Shown piece after piece: positions 1 to 9,532 of a DNA stretch of 64,000 bases. The notes beneath the pieces were generated by a model. That model saw only the letters and a program-made list of their open reading frames with translations. It had not been told where the DNA came from and searched no databases. Origin of the DNA: an uncultured SAR86 cluster bacterium (GTDB lineage Bacteria > Pseudomonadota > Gammaproteobacteria > Magnimaribacterales > AG-339-G14); assembly GCA_902587545.1 (NCBI GenBank), contig CACILL010000003.1, positions 19,006-83,005 on the forward strand. The letters run 5' to 3'. A program made the translations under genes and the position numbers. Position 1 is the stretch's first letter; each line of letters starts with the position of its first letter.

Positions 1-1
1 T

Positions 2-394
2 GTTACTTTCTATACAAAAATCTTTGAAGAAGGCTCCTATGAAATGTTCAATCAATTAGGAATGGGGTTCGATTACATAAATTCCGGTTTCAGTACTTTC
101 ACTCTTGAGCAAAATCTCAGATACGTAAAAGAAAACCTATTAGGAGATAAGATTTCAACTCATTACAGAATTGTTAATGTGAATAGAAAATTAATCCATC
201 ATGTTGGGATTCTTCTTAATAACGATAAAGAATTAAGCGCTATAGAAGAAATTCTTCTTATTCACATAGATATGAAGAAAAGAAAGTCATGCCCTATGCC
301 AGATGAGTCTTTCAATAAAGTGCTTCAAATGAAAGAAGAAAACGATACTCTTGGCGAATTGGATTTTGACTTAAGGTTTAAGATTAAAACTTAA
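2..394 (+). CDS. Acyl-CoA thioesterase (hot-dog fold), 5' partial
   Basis: Frame is open from the window edge (VTFYTKIFEEGSYEM...). FTLEQNLRYVKE and HIDMKKRKSCPMP match thioesterase-family patterns; convergent with an enoyl-CoA hydratase. Confidence 0.7.
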   Translation, partial: VTFYTKIFEEGSYEMFNQLGMGFDYINSGFSTFTLEQNLRYVKENLLGDKISTHYRIVNVNRKLIHHVGILLNNDKELSAIEEILLIHIDMKKRKSCPMPDESFNKVLQMKEENDTLGELDFDLRFKIKT

Positions 395-1158
395 TTACCA
401 GTAAACTTTGGGTCTCGTCTCTCCAGAGAGGCTTTTATTCCTTCTTGAAAATCTGCTGTTTCCCTAAGTCTATTTTGTTCAGAGAGTTCCAATTTGACTA
501 TTTCTTCTATTTTTTGAACGGAGTCACCTTTGATAGTCTCTCTAATGGCTTGAACTCCTAAAGGACCGGCAGCATTAATTTCCATTGCAAGTTCTTCCGC
601 TTTAGACATTAACTCACTTTGAGGAACAAGAAAATCAGCAAGTCCAATCTCAAAGGCTTCTTTACCTTTTACTCTGGCGCTAGTGAGTAACATCCATTTT
701 GCTTTCTGATTGCCAACCACTCGTGGCAGAGTTACTGTGGTACCAAATCCTTGATGAAATGCTAATTTTGAAAAATTTGCACTAAACCTAGATTCTTCAC
801 AAGCTATTCTAAAGTCAGCAGACAGAGCTACACCCAACCCACCTCCAACGGCAGCACCTTGAATGGCCGCTATGACAGGTTTTTTGGTTTTAAAAAGCTT
901 CACTGCTTCTTGATACAATCTTTCGTAAGGGTCTGACTCCTCCTTATAAGAAGATCTCGCAAAGTCTGCTCCAGCACAAAAATGCTTGCCTTCTGAAGAT
1001 AAAATAATACTTCTGCATTCCTTTTCTTTATCCATTTCCTCAAGGAAGTCAGCTATTTGACCTATCAGTTCTGCATCAAAATGATTATTTGGCGGCCTAT
1101 TAATAGTGACATAACCAATATGATTTTCAATTTTCGTTTTAAGGTCTTTATAACTCAT
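391..1158 (-). CDS. Enoyl-CoA hydratase/isomerase
   Basis: Crotonase motifs FCAGADF, AAIQGAAVGGGLGVALSADFRIA, and C-terminal DFQEGIKASLERRDPKF. Confidence 0.93.
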   Translation of the reverse strand: MSYKDLKTKIENHIGYVTINRPPNNHFDAELIGQIADFLEEMDKEKECRSIILSSEGKHFCAGADFARSSYKEESDPYERLYQEAVKLFKTKKPVIAAIQGAAVGGGLGVALSADFRIACEESRFSANFSKLAFHQGFGTTVTLPRVVGNQKAKWMLLTSARVKGKEAFEIGLADFLVPQSELMSKAEELAMEINAAGPLGVQAIRETIKGDSVQKIEEIVKLELSEQNRLRETADFQEGIKASLERRDPKFTGN

Positions 1159-1232
1159 AATACTAATAAGTCTATCACGAAGAATTTAAAGTAAAATAAG
1201 CCTGAAAGAATCTGTATTGAAAATTTCAAAAA

Positions 1233-1439
1233 ATGAAATTCATTAAAAGCATAATCTCAAAGATCGACATTACTTTATTTGTGATTTATGGGTTTTTAGG
1301 ATTTGGCAGTATGTACTTGGCAAGTTTCATTCGAAGTGTCACAAAGTTAAATTTTTGGGCAGAACTGTTGATTTGCTTTTTAATAATTTCTCCAATTTAT
1401 TTTCTTGTAAGAGTTCTCAAAAAAAAATACTCAAGCTAA
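1233..1439 (+). CDS. Small membrane protein (2 TM), unknown function
   Basis: 68 aa with two hydrophobic segments; its stop overlaps the next ATG (TAATG). Confidence 0.6.
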   Translation: MKFIKSIISKIDITLFVIYGFLGFGSMYLASFIRSVTKLNFWAELLICFLIISPIYFLVRVLKKKYSS

Positions 1440-1657
1440 TGTTAAGAATTTTAATAATTTCTCTATTTTTAGTCGGAACTATTTTAATCTTTTCTTACTT
1501 AACGACTTACTTAGTGAAAAAATTTGGAAGACTGATTGCAATTTCTTCTATCATCTCCGTAGGTATTATTTTAAGCGCAATCATTATCGCTCATGAAGAT
1601 GGTTGTGTAACAGAAGTTGAGGGCTTAGAAGCTGCAAAGGTTTGTTGGTTTAGATGA
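1439..1657 (+). CDS. Small membrane protein (2 TM plus a C-terminal Cys pair)
   Basis: Likely start is the ATG at 1439 (MLRILIISLF...), coupled to the upstream stop; ends in an ATGA overlap with the rhodanese gene. Confidence 0.6.
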   Translation: MLRILIISLFLVGTILIFSYLTTYLVKKFGRLIAISSIISVGIILSAIIIAHEDGCVTEVEGLEAAKVCWFR

Positions 1658-2010
1658 AGAATTTTCAAGATTTAGTTCAAGAAGCTTTGAAAAACGTTCC
1701 GGAAGTTGATATTTATCAACTTAAAGAAAAAATCGAAAGTAATAAACAAATAAAACTAATCGATATTAGAGAAGACCGAGAGTGGGTTTCTGGTAAAATT
1801 CCCACTGCATATCACATTGGCAGAGGCGTTCTTGAAAAAGGCATCTTCGAAGTTGCTGATAGTGAAGATGAAATTATTTTGTATTGTGCAAGTGGTTTCA
1901 GGTCGGTGTTGGGTTCCAAATCTCTCAACGATATGGGATTCAAAAACGTTTTTTCCTTAAAAGGAGGAATTACAGACTGGATTACTGCGGGATTTGAAAT
2001 AGAAGAATAA
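1654..2010 (+). CDS. Rhodanese-like sulfurtransferase
   Basis: LIDIREDREW, active loop YCASGFRS, SLKGGITDW. Confidence 0.92.
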   Translation: MKNFQDLVQEALKNVPEVDIYQLKEKIESNKQIKLIDIREDREWVSGKIPTAYHIGRGVLEKGIFEVADSEDEIILYCASGFRSVLGSKSLNDMGFKNVFSLKGGITDWITAGFEIEE

Positions 2011-2045
2011 TTTCAAAAGAAAAATTAAGGATTTATAATATAAAC

Positions 2046-3509
2046 ATGAACGAAGAAATTTTAGATGTTCTGATTGTTGGTTCCGGCATCTCTGGTATTG
2101 GTGCTGGCGCTCATCTTAGTATGAAGTGTCCTAATAAAAAGTACCTAATTTTAGAGGGTAGAGAAAACTTTGGCGGAACTTGGGATTTATTCAAATACCC
2201 AGGCATAAGATCAGATTCAGACATGCATACTTTGGGCTTTAGTTTTAAGCCTTGGCTTCACAAAAAATCCATAGCAGATGGCTCTTCCATAATGGAATAT
2301 CTAGAAGAAACCATTCAAGAGTATGAACTCACAGATAAAATAAGATACAGACATTACGTGCATCAAGCCGAATGGTCCTCTTCTGAAAATCTTTGGACCT
2401 TAAAAGTTGAGGACAAAAATACTGGAGAATCTAAGCTTTTTAAATCTTCTTTTCTTTATATGTGTGCAGGTTATTACAGCTACAAGGGCGGATACTTGCC
2501 AGAATTTAAAGGAAGAGATGAATTTCAAGGCGACATCATTCACCCTCAGGAGTGGCCAGAAGATTTTGATTACGAGGGGAAAAATATTGTCGTGATTGGA
2601 AGTGGCGCTACCGCAGCAACGATTGTTCCAGCAATGTCAAAAAAAGCAAAGCATGTGACAATGCTTCAAAGGTCACCTACATATTATGCTTCTGCTCCAG
2701 ATGAGGATGCGATGGCTCTTTTTCTGAACAAGTTTTTACCGAGACGTTTTGTCTACAGCATCATAAGACTTAGGAATGTCCTTTTCCAACAATGGCTTTA
2801 CAAAAGAGCCAGAAATCGCCCTGAAAAGGTCAAGGAATTTTTATTGGATAGGGTCAAAGAAGAGCTCCCCAACTACAATATACAAAAGCACTTTACTCCG
2901 TCCTATAATCCTTGGGAACAACGCATGTGTTTGGTTCCAAATAGTGATTTATTTGAAGCTATTAGACAAGATGATGTATCCATTGTTACTGATCACATTG
3001 AAAAGTTTACTAAGGAAGGTATTGAGCTAAAGTCTGGTGAAGTTTTAAAAACCGATGTCATTATTACTGCAACTGGAATTGTTCTTGAAAACTTTGGTGG
3101 AATAGAAGTTAAAGTTGATAATTCAAAAATTGATGTATCAGATACCATGACATACAAAAGTATGATGTATAGCGGTATACCCAATTTTGTAAATTCTTTT
3201 GGCTATATAAATGCTTCCTGGACATTAAAGGCTGACATTACTAGTGAATATGTTTGTCGTTTAATTAAACATATGGAAAAGAATAATTTCAAAAAATGTT
3301 GTCCCGAAATCCCAGCCGATGTTGAAGAATCTAAAGACTGGCTCGAAGACTGGTCTTCCGGATATATCCAAAGATCTATCCATAAGTTTGCCAAGCAAGG
3401 AAATAAAAAACCTTGGGTGAATTACCAAGATTATCTAAAAGATTGGTTTGACGTTAAATTTGGAAAAATGGAAGACGGCAATCTTCAGTTTTCAAATAAG
3501 AAGTCCTAA
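2046..3509 (+). CDS. FAD-containing Baeyer-Villiger-type monooxygenase (EthA family)
   Basis: GSGISG FAD motif, GGTWDLFKYPGIRSDSD, FQGDIIHPQEWP fingerprint, GSGATA NADPH motif. Confidence 0.93.
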   Translation: MNEEILDVLIVGSGISGIGAGAHLSMKCPNKKYLILEGRENFGGTWDLFKYPGIRSDSDMHTLGFSFKPWLHKKSIADGSSIMEYLEETIQEYELTDKIRYRHYVHQAEWSSSENLWTLKVEDKNTGESKLFKSSFLYMCAGYYSYKGGYLPEFKGRDEFQGDIIHPQEWPEDFDYEGKNIVVIGSGATAATIVPAMSKKAKHVTMLQRSPTYYASAPDEDAMALFLNKFLPRRFVYSIIRLRNVLFQQWLYKRARNRPEKVKEFLLDRVKEELPNYNIQKHFTPSYNPWEQRMCLVPNSDLFEAIRQDDVSIVTDHIEKFTKEGIELKSGEVLKTDVIITATGIVLENFGGIEVKVDNSKIDVSDTMTYKSMMYSGIPNFVNSFGYINASWTLKADITSEYVCRLIKHMEKNNFKKCCPEIPADVEESKDWLEDWSSGYIQRSIHKFAKQGNKKPWVNYQDYLKDWFDVKFGKMEDGNLQFSNKKS

Positions 3510-3524
3510 CAAAAAGCTAGCGCT

Positions 3525-6500
3525 ATGCTAGATTCAAGTTTTTTAAAAATACTTCTTTTTACTTTAGTTCTATCCTCTTGTGGGGGAGGTAATAACTCTG
3601 CCACGCCTCCAAGTGAAGGTTCTTTCGTGAGTCAACCGAAATCAATTAATGGTCTGGTAGTTGATGGATACATCAGAAATGCTGATGTTTGGATCGAAAC
3701 TACAAACGATTTTTCAAATATTGGAGAAATAAAGACATCTTCTAACATACAAGGTAGATTTAGCTTAACAACAAGCCTCACTGACTACAGAGTTCAGTCC
3801 TCTGGCGGCATTGATCTAGATACAAACAATAGTTTAGAAGGTTTGATTTTAATTAATCACAAGATAGATGAACTTGCATCTTCTAATACTGCTCAGAATT
3901 TTATTATTTCGCCATTAACGACCGCAGATTTTTTTCTTTCAGAATCTCTAAATAAACTATCCAACCCAATAACAACAACCATAAATGACCTTCTGGGCTT
4001 AGATCAAAACTTAAACGTAAATACTGTTGATCATGTAGATAGTTTGAAGGATGGATTTGTGTATGCTGAAGCTTATGAAAGAGCTAATCAACTGACCTCT
4101 CTTTCACTATCTTTTACAAGATTAGTCAATAATTTAAGTACTTCTAACATTAATAGCAGTGAAATTTTCCAAGTAATCTTAGATCGAATGGTTGCAATTT
4201 ATCAAAGTTCTCAAAATGAAGTAAGTATAGAATCCCCAGCCTTCATAGATGCTTTGGTTGATGATGTAAATCTTAAATTTTCTCTTTCTTTGGAAAATGA
4301 AATTAAGACGAAAGTAAAAAATATGTATAAAGCTTTCATACCTTTGATACAAGTTAAGCCTAACTTAGCAGCTACACATGGTTTATTTTATTTTGCTACC
4401 AATACTTTTTTTAATGATCTTGTTTTAGTTGCATCCAATAATGATCAAGAAAATATTTATTCCAGATATAGTCTTGATCTAATCACTTATATTTCAGAGA
4501 TATCTGGACAAACAGAATCAAATTTAGCTTTTTCTATAAAAGCTAATTCTGACTTGGTTTCTTCTTTTGAAGATCAGACTTTCAATATAAACGTTTTGGA
4601 AAACGACGATTTTGATAGTCAATCAAGTTATAACATTTTATTTACACAGCCTGCCAATGGAACAATAAGTAAGGATAATTTGAATATTTTGGTTTATCAG
4701 CCAAATGCAAATTTCAATGGCAACGATTCCTTTTCATATACTCTTGAACAAGGTTCTTTAAGCTCTACCACATCTGTAAATATCTCGGTTCGACCATTAC
4801 CTGATGCTCCAATCATTTCAATATCATCAACTGAGATAACAATTCCAGAAAATCAAATTAATGTTGTAGATATAGTAGCCAGTGATGCTGATGGTGATCC
4901 TCTTAGCTACAGTTTGTCAGGAACTGATTCTGCCTATTTTAGTATTTCTAGTTCAGGAGAGTTATCATTTATAAATCCTCCAGATTATGAAACCAAGTCT
5001 TCTTTTGAAGTGACAGTCTCAGTGAGTGATGGAGCTTTATCCGATAGCAAAGATTTAGTCATAAATATTTCTAATGTTTTATACGAAGTTGATCTTTTGG
5101 TCTATTACGCCCCTGATATGTTATCTGAATACAGCTCAGAAAATGGAGTTGAAACTAGAGTTTTATATCTGATTGAATCTGCAAATAATGCCTTAAAGAG
5201 GAGCGAGTCAGAGGTTCAGTTCAGTTTGCTAAAACTTTTGCCCTATGATGTTGATGTAAGTAACCAATCAGGAAATACAATTTTTTCTTCTCTTCTTGGT
5301 AGAGAAAAAATTAAAAAAGATCAAATCATGTATGGAGCTGATTATTTTATTCTTGTTTCAAGATGGGATTCTTCAAAGGGACAGACTGGGGGAACAGCTT
5401 CAATTGATTTAACAATAGATAATTTAACCGATTGGGATGCAGCCCATGGATATTTATCAGCTTGGTCTGTTGATCCCAATTGGTCAGAACCGGGATGCAA
5501 TCCATGCTTTCCTGACAAAGTCTTTGCTCATGAATTAGGACACAATTTAGGTTCAGGGCACTGGCCAGGGGAAACTGGACAATCTTATGCCTATGGTCAT
5601 AGGGTTGATGGAAATACTGATGGCGACTTCACAGATAGTTTCGACTGGGGAACTGTCATGAGTTATAACGATATCTCACCCGATTATTTTTCAAATCCAA
5701 ACGTGACATGTAAAAACGGCCTAGCTTGCGGAGTAGTTAATGTTAGCGACAATACCAGGTGGTATAACAACTTAGGAACAAGATTTTCTAGTATTTTACC
5801 AGCGAGCTCTTTAGACAATTCAAATACCTCGAATAAAATCAACATTAAAAACTTCTTTCCAAAAATTTCAGGAGGCATTTCTACTTTTTCAAATGCAGGC
5901 TCTACACGAATTTTCCAAGTTACTGAGTTTTCCGATGTTGATATAAATGGCGAGATTTATAAAAGTTTTAAATGGGAAAATTCATCTAACGGGAACCCTA
6001 AGATGGCTTATCATTTTTATGAAAAGGATAACAAATACTTTATAAACCGAACTGATTACGAGGCAGGTTATAAGTTTTCCAATCAAGATGAATACACTCT
6101 TTATAACAATAACAATTTATGTGTTTTCTTTGATTCGTTTCAAAGTGTAGGTAATTATCTAGCAAGAGATTGCAGCAACGCACACTATGGAGACCCTCCA
6201 GCTTATAATGATGTTTTTCATTTCAACCATTTCATAAAAAGTGAAAATATAAGCGTTCCGTATGGCAGCTTCGATACGGTTAAATATGTTTTTACAATTT
6301 GGGATAATAATAATAGTCCCTACAGTAATACCCCTTATCTAATGCATAGCATTTTTTGGATGAGTCCAACAATGGGCGTTGTTCAGTATCAAGATCATTT
6401 AGGAAGAATATGGAAACTGGAAAGTGCTGATTCAGATGGAGATGGCATTGATAACAAATCGGATAATGATGATGATAATGATGGCGTATTGGATACTTCC

Positions 6501-6563
6501 GACGCCTTTAAACTAGATCCAACTTCTTCTGTAGATTCTAATTTAGACGGTATTCCAGATTAG
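3525..6563 (+). CDS. Surface lipoprotein zinc metalloprotease (M12B/reprolysin-like) with Ig/cadherin domains and C-terminal Ca-binding TSP3-like repeats
   Basis: Lipobox LVLSSC; cadherin motifs (ASDADGDPLSYSLSG, PDYETK); metzincin HELGHNLGSGH with Met-turn TVMSY; DSDGDGIDN...DDDNDGVLD tail. Confidence 0.85.
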   Translation: MLDSSFLKILLFTLVLSSCGGGNNSATPPSEGSFVSQPKSINGLVVDGYIRNADVWIETTNDFSNIGEIKTSSNIQGRFSLTTSLTDYRVQSSGGIDLDTNNSLEGLILINHKIDELASSNTAQNFIISPLTTADFFLSESLNKLSNPITTTINDLLGLDQNLNVNTVDHVDSLKDGFVYAEAYERANQLTSLSLSFTRLVNNLSTSNINSSEIFQVILDRMVAIYQSSQNEVSIESPAFIDALVDDVNLKFSLSLENEIKTKVKNMYKAFIPLIQVKPNLAATHGLFYFATNTFFNDLVLVASNNDQENIYSRYSLDLITYISEISGQTESNLAFSIKANSDLVSSFEDQTFNINVLENDDFDSQSSYNILFTQPANGTISKDNLNILVYQPNANFNGNDSFSYTLEQGSLSSTTSVNISVRPLPDAPIISISSTEITIPENQINVVDIVASDADGDPLSYSLSGTDSAYFSISSSGELSFINPPDYETKSSFEVTVSVSDGALSDSKDLVINISNVLYEVDLLVYYAPDMLSEYSSENGVETRVLYLIESANNALKRSESEVQFSLLKLLPYDVDVSNQSGNTIFSSLLGREKIKKDQIMYGADYFILVSRWDSSKGQTGGTASIDLTIDNLTDWDAAHGYLSAWSVDPNWSEPGCNPCFPDKVFAHELGHNLGSGHWPGETGQSYAYGHRVDGNTDGDFTDSFDWGTVMSYNDISPDYFSNPNVTCKNGLACGVVNVSDNTRWYNNLGTRFSSILPASSLDNSNTSNKINIKNFFPKISGGISTFSNAGSTRIFQVTEFSDVDINGEIYKSFKWENSSNGNPKMAYHFYEKDNKYFINRTDYEAGYKFSNQDEYTLYNNNNLCVFFDSFQSVGNYLARDCSNAHYGDPPAYNDVFHFNHFIKSENISVPYGSFDTVKYVFTIWDNNNSPYSNTPYLMHSIFWMSPTMGVVQYQDHLGRIWKLESADSDGDGIDNKSDNDDDNDGVLDTSDAFKLDPTSSVDSNLDGIPD

Positions 6564-6567
6564 ACTG

Positions 6568-7149
6568 TTATTCTTGTCTTGTTGAATAGTCTTCTTCGCT
6601 AAATTGAGGTATCACCAGACCTGCTTCGGCAGTATTTACTAAGTAGGTCATTTTAGAATCCCTTTTTAAAAGGAAAACTTTTTCATTTATATGAAATTTA
6701 CCAAACGCAAGTTCCTCGCCAATTACAACGAAGGATTCATTTTCTTCTGCTTGCGAATAAGTTTTTACAATTTTGTTTTTTGAAGATTTTTCTACTGATT
6801 TAATTTCTTCCTGAAAAATATTTCCAAAAAGATTTATATTTAAAATATCACCCGGAATAATATCCTGAAATGATTCTTCAAAGTTATTTACTTTTTTAAA
6901 AGCAGGGCCGTTGATCGCAGAAATTTCAATCTCACTTGTATTAAATTGCCCTAAATCTAGGTAAATGTTTTTTTTTGATATTCTATTACTTAAAGAAGTT
7001 AAATCAGTTAATTTATTTTGCAATTCTGTTTTATCCTGCTTGATTTCTAGAATTTCTTGATCATTTTTTTTATAAAAATTTTTTTCGTATATATAAAAAT
7101 ATAAAATAAAAATTATTAGTATTGAAAGAAGGCTAATTATTAATCTCAT
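6568..7149 (-). CDS. Membrane-anchored protein resembling a stand-alone reprolysin-type pro-domain
   Basis: N-terminal TM helix, then a beta-rich region (GDILNINLF...FVVIGEELAFGKFHI...YLVN...EEDY). The CDS is secure; the function is inferred by eye. Confidence 0.55.
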   Translation of the reverse strand: MRLIISLLSILIIFILYFYIYEKNFYKKNDQEILEIKQDKTELQNKLTDLTSLSNRISKKNIYLDLGQFNTSEIEISAINGPAFKKVNNFEESFQDIIPGDILNINLFGNIFQEEIKSVEKSSKNKIVKTYSQAEENESFVVIGEELAFGKFHINEKVFLLKRDSKMTYLVNTAEAGLVIPQFSEEDYSTRQE

Positions 7150-7218
7150 ATCCTATAAATTATCTTAAAAAATGAATTGTAAGATAAAATTAAAAAAAAT
7201 TATTAATAGTATTTTTAA

Positions 7219-8280
7219 GTGATTAATCTCGAGAACATAGAGCTGATAATTGGAAACTCTGGAAGAAATTTTTCTGGAGGAACTTCCATTACGATTCAAT
7301 TATTGGATTATCAAGAAAAAGAAATGAATCTAGCTATATTGGGATCAAGATTTATTCCAGAGCATTTTACGACTTTAAATTATTTACAATTTCTCTTGCT
7401 TACTAGAACAAAATTACCTAGTGGCAAGTTAAGAGTTTTCTACACGAGAAAAAATAATGAAATGATTCAAGGCCTGATTGCAAAGTATATATTTCGTTCA
7501 AAAATTAAAATTATTTTTTCTTCATCTGCTCAAAGAAATCATACTAAATTTACCAAATGGCTGATGTCCAAAATGGACAGCGTCGTTTCAACGTCTAGGA
7601 AGGCAGGAAGCTATCTTGATAAGGAGCCTGATAAAATAATTTCTCATGGCATAGATCTCAATAGATTCTCTCTACCTGAAGATAAAGATAAAGCTTGGCA
7701 AGCCTTGGGATTTCCAGGGTCTATAGGAATTGGAATTTTTGGGAGAGTTAGATATTCAAAAGGTATAGATATTTTGGTTGATGCAGCTTTAAAGGTTTTA
7801 CCGAAACATCCAAAAGCTACAGTAATAATTTGTGGAGAGATTCAGTTAGAAGATCAGACTTATAAAAATAACATGTTAAGAAAAATAACTGATGCGAACT
7901 TAGAAAAAAGAATATTATTTCTCGGTAAGAAGCCTTTTGAAGATTTACCTAAACTATTTAAAGGCATGTCAGTTGTTGCGGCATTAAGTAGAAATGAGGG
8001 ATATGGTCTCACTCCACTAGAAGGTATGGCATCTGGCGCAGCTGTACTAACCAGCTCAGAAGGCGTCTGGGACGAGTTGGTCAGAGATGGGATCGATGGA
8101 TATGTAGTAAAAACAAATGATGTTTTTCAAACTTCAGAAAGATTAAATACATTAATAGAAAATAGTTCTAAAACGAAAATCATGGGCGAAAATGCTGCAA
8201 AATATATTTCAGAAAATTTTTCTGTTGAAAAAGAAGCGGAACAAATTATTCAACATATTAGATATGTACAAAATGTATAA
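7219..8280 (+). CDS. Glycosyltransferase family 4 (LpcC-like LPS core transferase)
   Basis: GIFGRVRYSKG and EGYGLTPLEGMASG (E-x7-E) GT-B motifs; GTG start. Confidence 0.88.
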   Translation: MINLENIELIIGNSGRNFSGGTSITIQLLDYQEKEMNLAILGSRFIPEHFTTLNYLQFLLLTRTKLPSGKLRVFYTRKNNEMIQGLIAKYIFRSKIKIIFSSSAQRNHTKFTKWLMSKMDSVVSTSRKAGSYLDKEPDKIISHGIDLNRFSLPEDKDKAWQALGFPGSIGIGIFGRVRYSKGIDILVDAALKVLPKHPKATVIICGEIQLEDQTYKNNMLRKITDANLEKRILFLGKKPFEDLPKLFKGMSVVAALSRNEGYGLTPLEGMASGAAVLTSSEGVWDELVRDGIDGYVVKTNDVFQTSERLNTLIENSSKTKIMGENAAKYISENFSVEKEAEQIIQHIRYVQNV

Positions 8281-9532
8281 AAACTTAAAATTTATTTTTT
8301 TTCTTTTCTTCTTCCACTTTTCATGGAGTTTTTCAACAGATTTAGATAATTCTACTAGTCATTTAAAAACTATCATCTTAGGCGCAGGTTGTTTTTGGAG
8401 CGTTGAAAAGAAGTTCCAAGAAACATATGGGGTTATAGATGTTCAATCTGGATATGCAGATGGTAAAAATATAAAACCCATTTATAAGGAAATCATCAAA
8501 AGAGAAAATAGATTTAATCCAAATAATTATGCTGAAGTTGTAAAAGTGTCCTACAACAGTAACAAAACAAGCTTAGAAAATCTTTTAAAGACTTTTTTTG
8601 AAATGCATGATCCCACTCAAGAAAATCGCCAAGGGAACGACATCGGTGTTCAGTATCGTTCATTAATTTTAACTTCGTCAGATGAAGAAATTTCTATTTC
8701 TAATGAAATAAAAAATGAGTATCAAAATCTTTTAACTAAAGAAGGATTTGGATTGATCAAAACTGACATAAAAAATTTCACGAATTTCTATTTAGCAGAA
8801 AATTATCATCAAGATTATCTAAAAAAGAATCCAAATGGATATTGTCCAGATTATTCAACTGGAGTTGTTTTCTCAAAAAAACCAGAAAAATTTACAGACA
8901 ATAAGAATTTAGTAATTGGAAAAAAAATACTTATTCTTGAGGCAGAAGGCTGTCCTTATTGTTATAAATTAAGACAAAATGTTTTAAATGATTATAGAGG
9001 CTCCTTAGAAATATCTTATAGAAAATCAGATGAACTAGATAAGCTTGAGTTAAAAACACCCACTTGGGCAACTCCAACAATTTATTTTTTAGAGAATGGT
9101 AAAGAAGTTTGGTCTCATCAAGGCTATTTATCGAATGAAAAATTCTATAAATCTCTGGGAAAGTTTAAGCTAGGTAAAACAGAAGCTTATGATGTTGCCT
9201 TTAATCAAGGTACAGATCCCACATATTGCAAAGAATATGAGTTATTTAAAAATACACCAGATGGAGTTTTCATTGATAAATTAAGCGGAGCCCCACTTTT
9301 TAGTACCAAGTACCGTTTTAACTCAAAAACGGGATGGCTTTCATTTACCCAACCTGTAGAAGATTCTGTAACTGAACATATGGATTACAGTTATGGCATG
9401 GTTCGTGTTGAGATAAGATCTAAATCATCAGGCATTCATTTAGGACACGTATTCAATGATGGCCCAAATGGCAAACCAAGGTATTGTATCAATGCCACTG
9501 TGTTAGAATTCATCCCAAATTTAGACACGTAG
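8273..9532 (+). CDS. msrAB: Exported methionine sulfoxide reductase, MsrA-thioredoxin-MsrB fusion
   Basis: Signal-like N-terminus, GCFWS and AENYHQDYL (MsrA), CPYC (Trx), HLGHVFNDGP...RYCINA (MsrB). Start taken at 8273 (8264 is possible). Confidence 0.9.
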   Translation: MYKNLKFIFFLFFFHFSWSFSTDLDNSTSHLKTIILGAGCFWSVEKKFQETYGVIDVQSGYADGKNIKPIYKEIIKRENRFNPNNYAEVVKVSYNSNKTSLENLLKTFFEMHDPTQENRQGNDIGVQYRSLILTSSDEEISISNEIKNEYQNLLTKEGFGLIKTDIKNFTNFYLAENYHQDYLKKNPNGYCPDYSTGVVFSKKPEKFTDNKNLVIGKKILILEAEGCPYCYKLRQNVLNDYRGSLEISYRKSDELDKLELKTPTWATPTIYFLENGKEVWSHQGYLSNEKFYKSLGKFKLGKTEAYDVAFNQGTDPTYCKEYELFKNTPDGVFIDKLSGAPLFSTKYRFNSKTGWLSFTQPVEDSVTEHMDYSYGMVRVEIRSKSSGIHLGHVFNDGPNGKPRYCINATVLEFIPNLDT

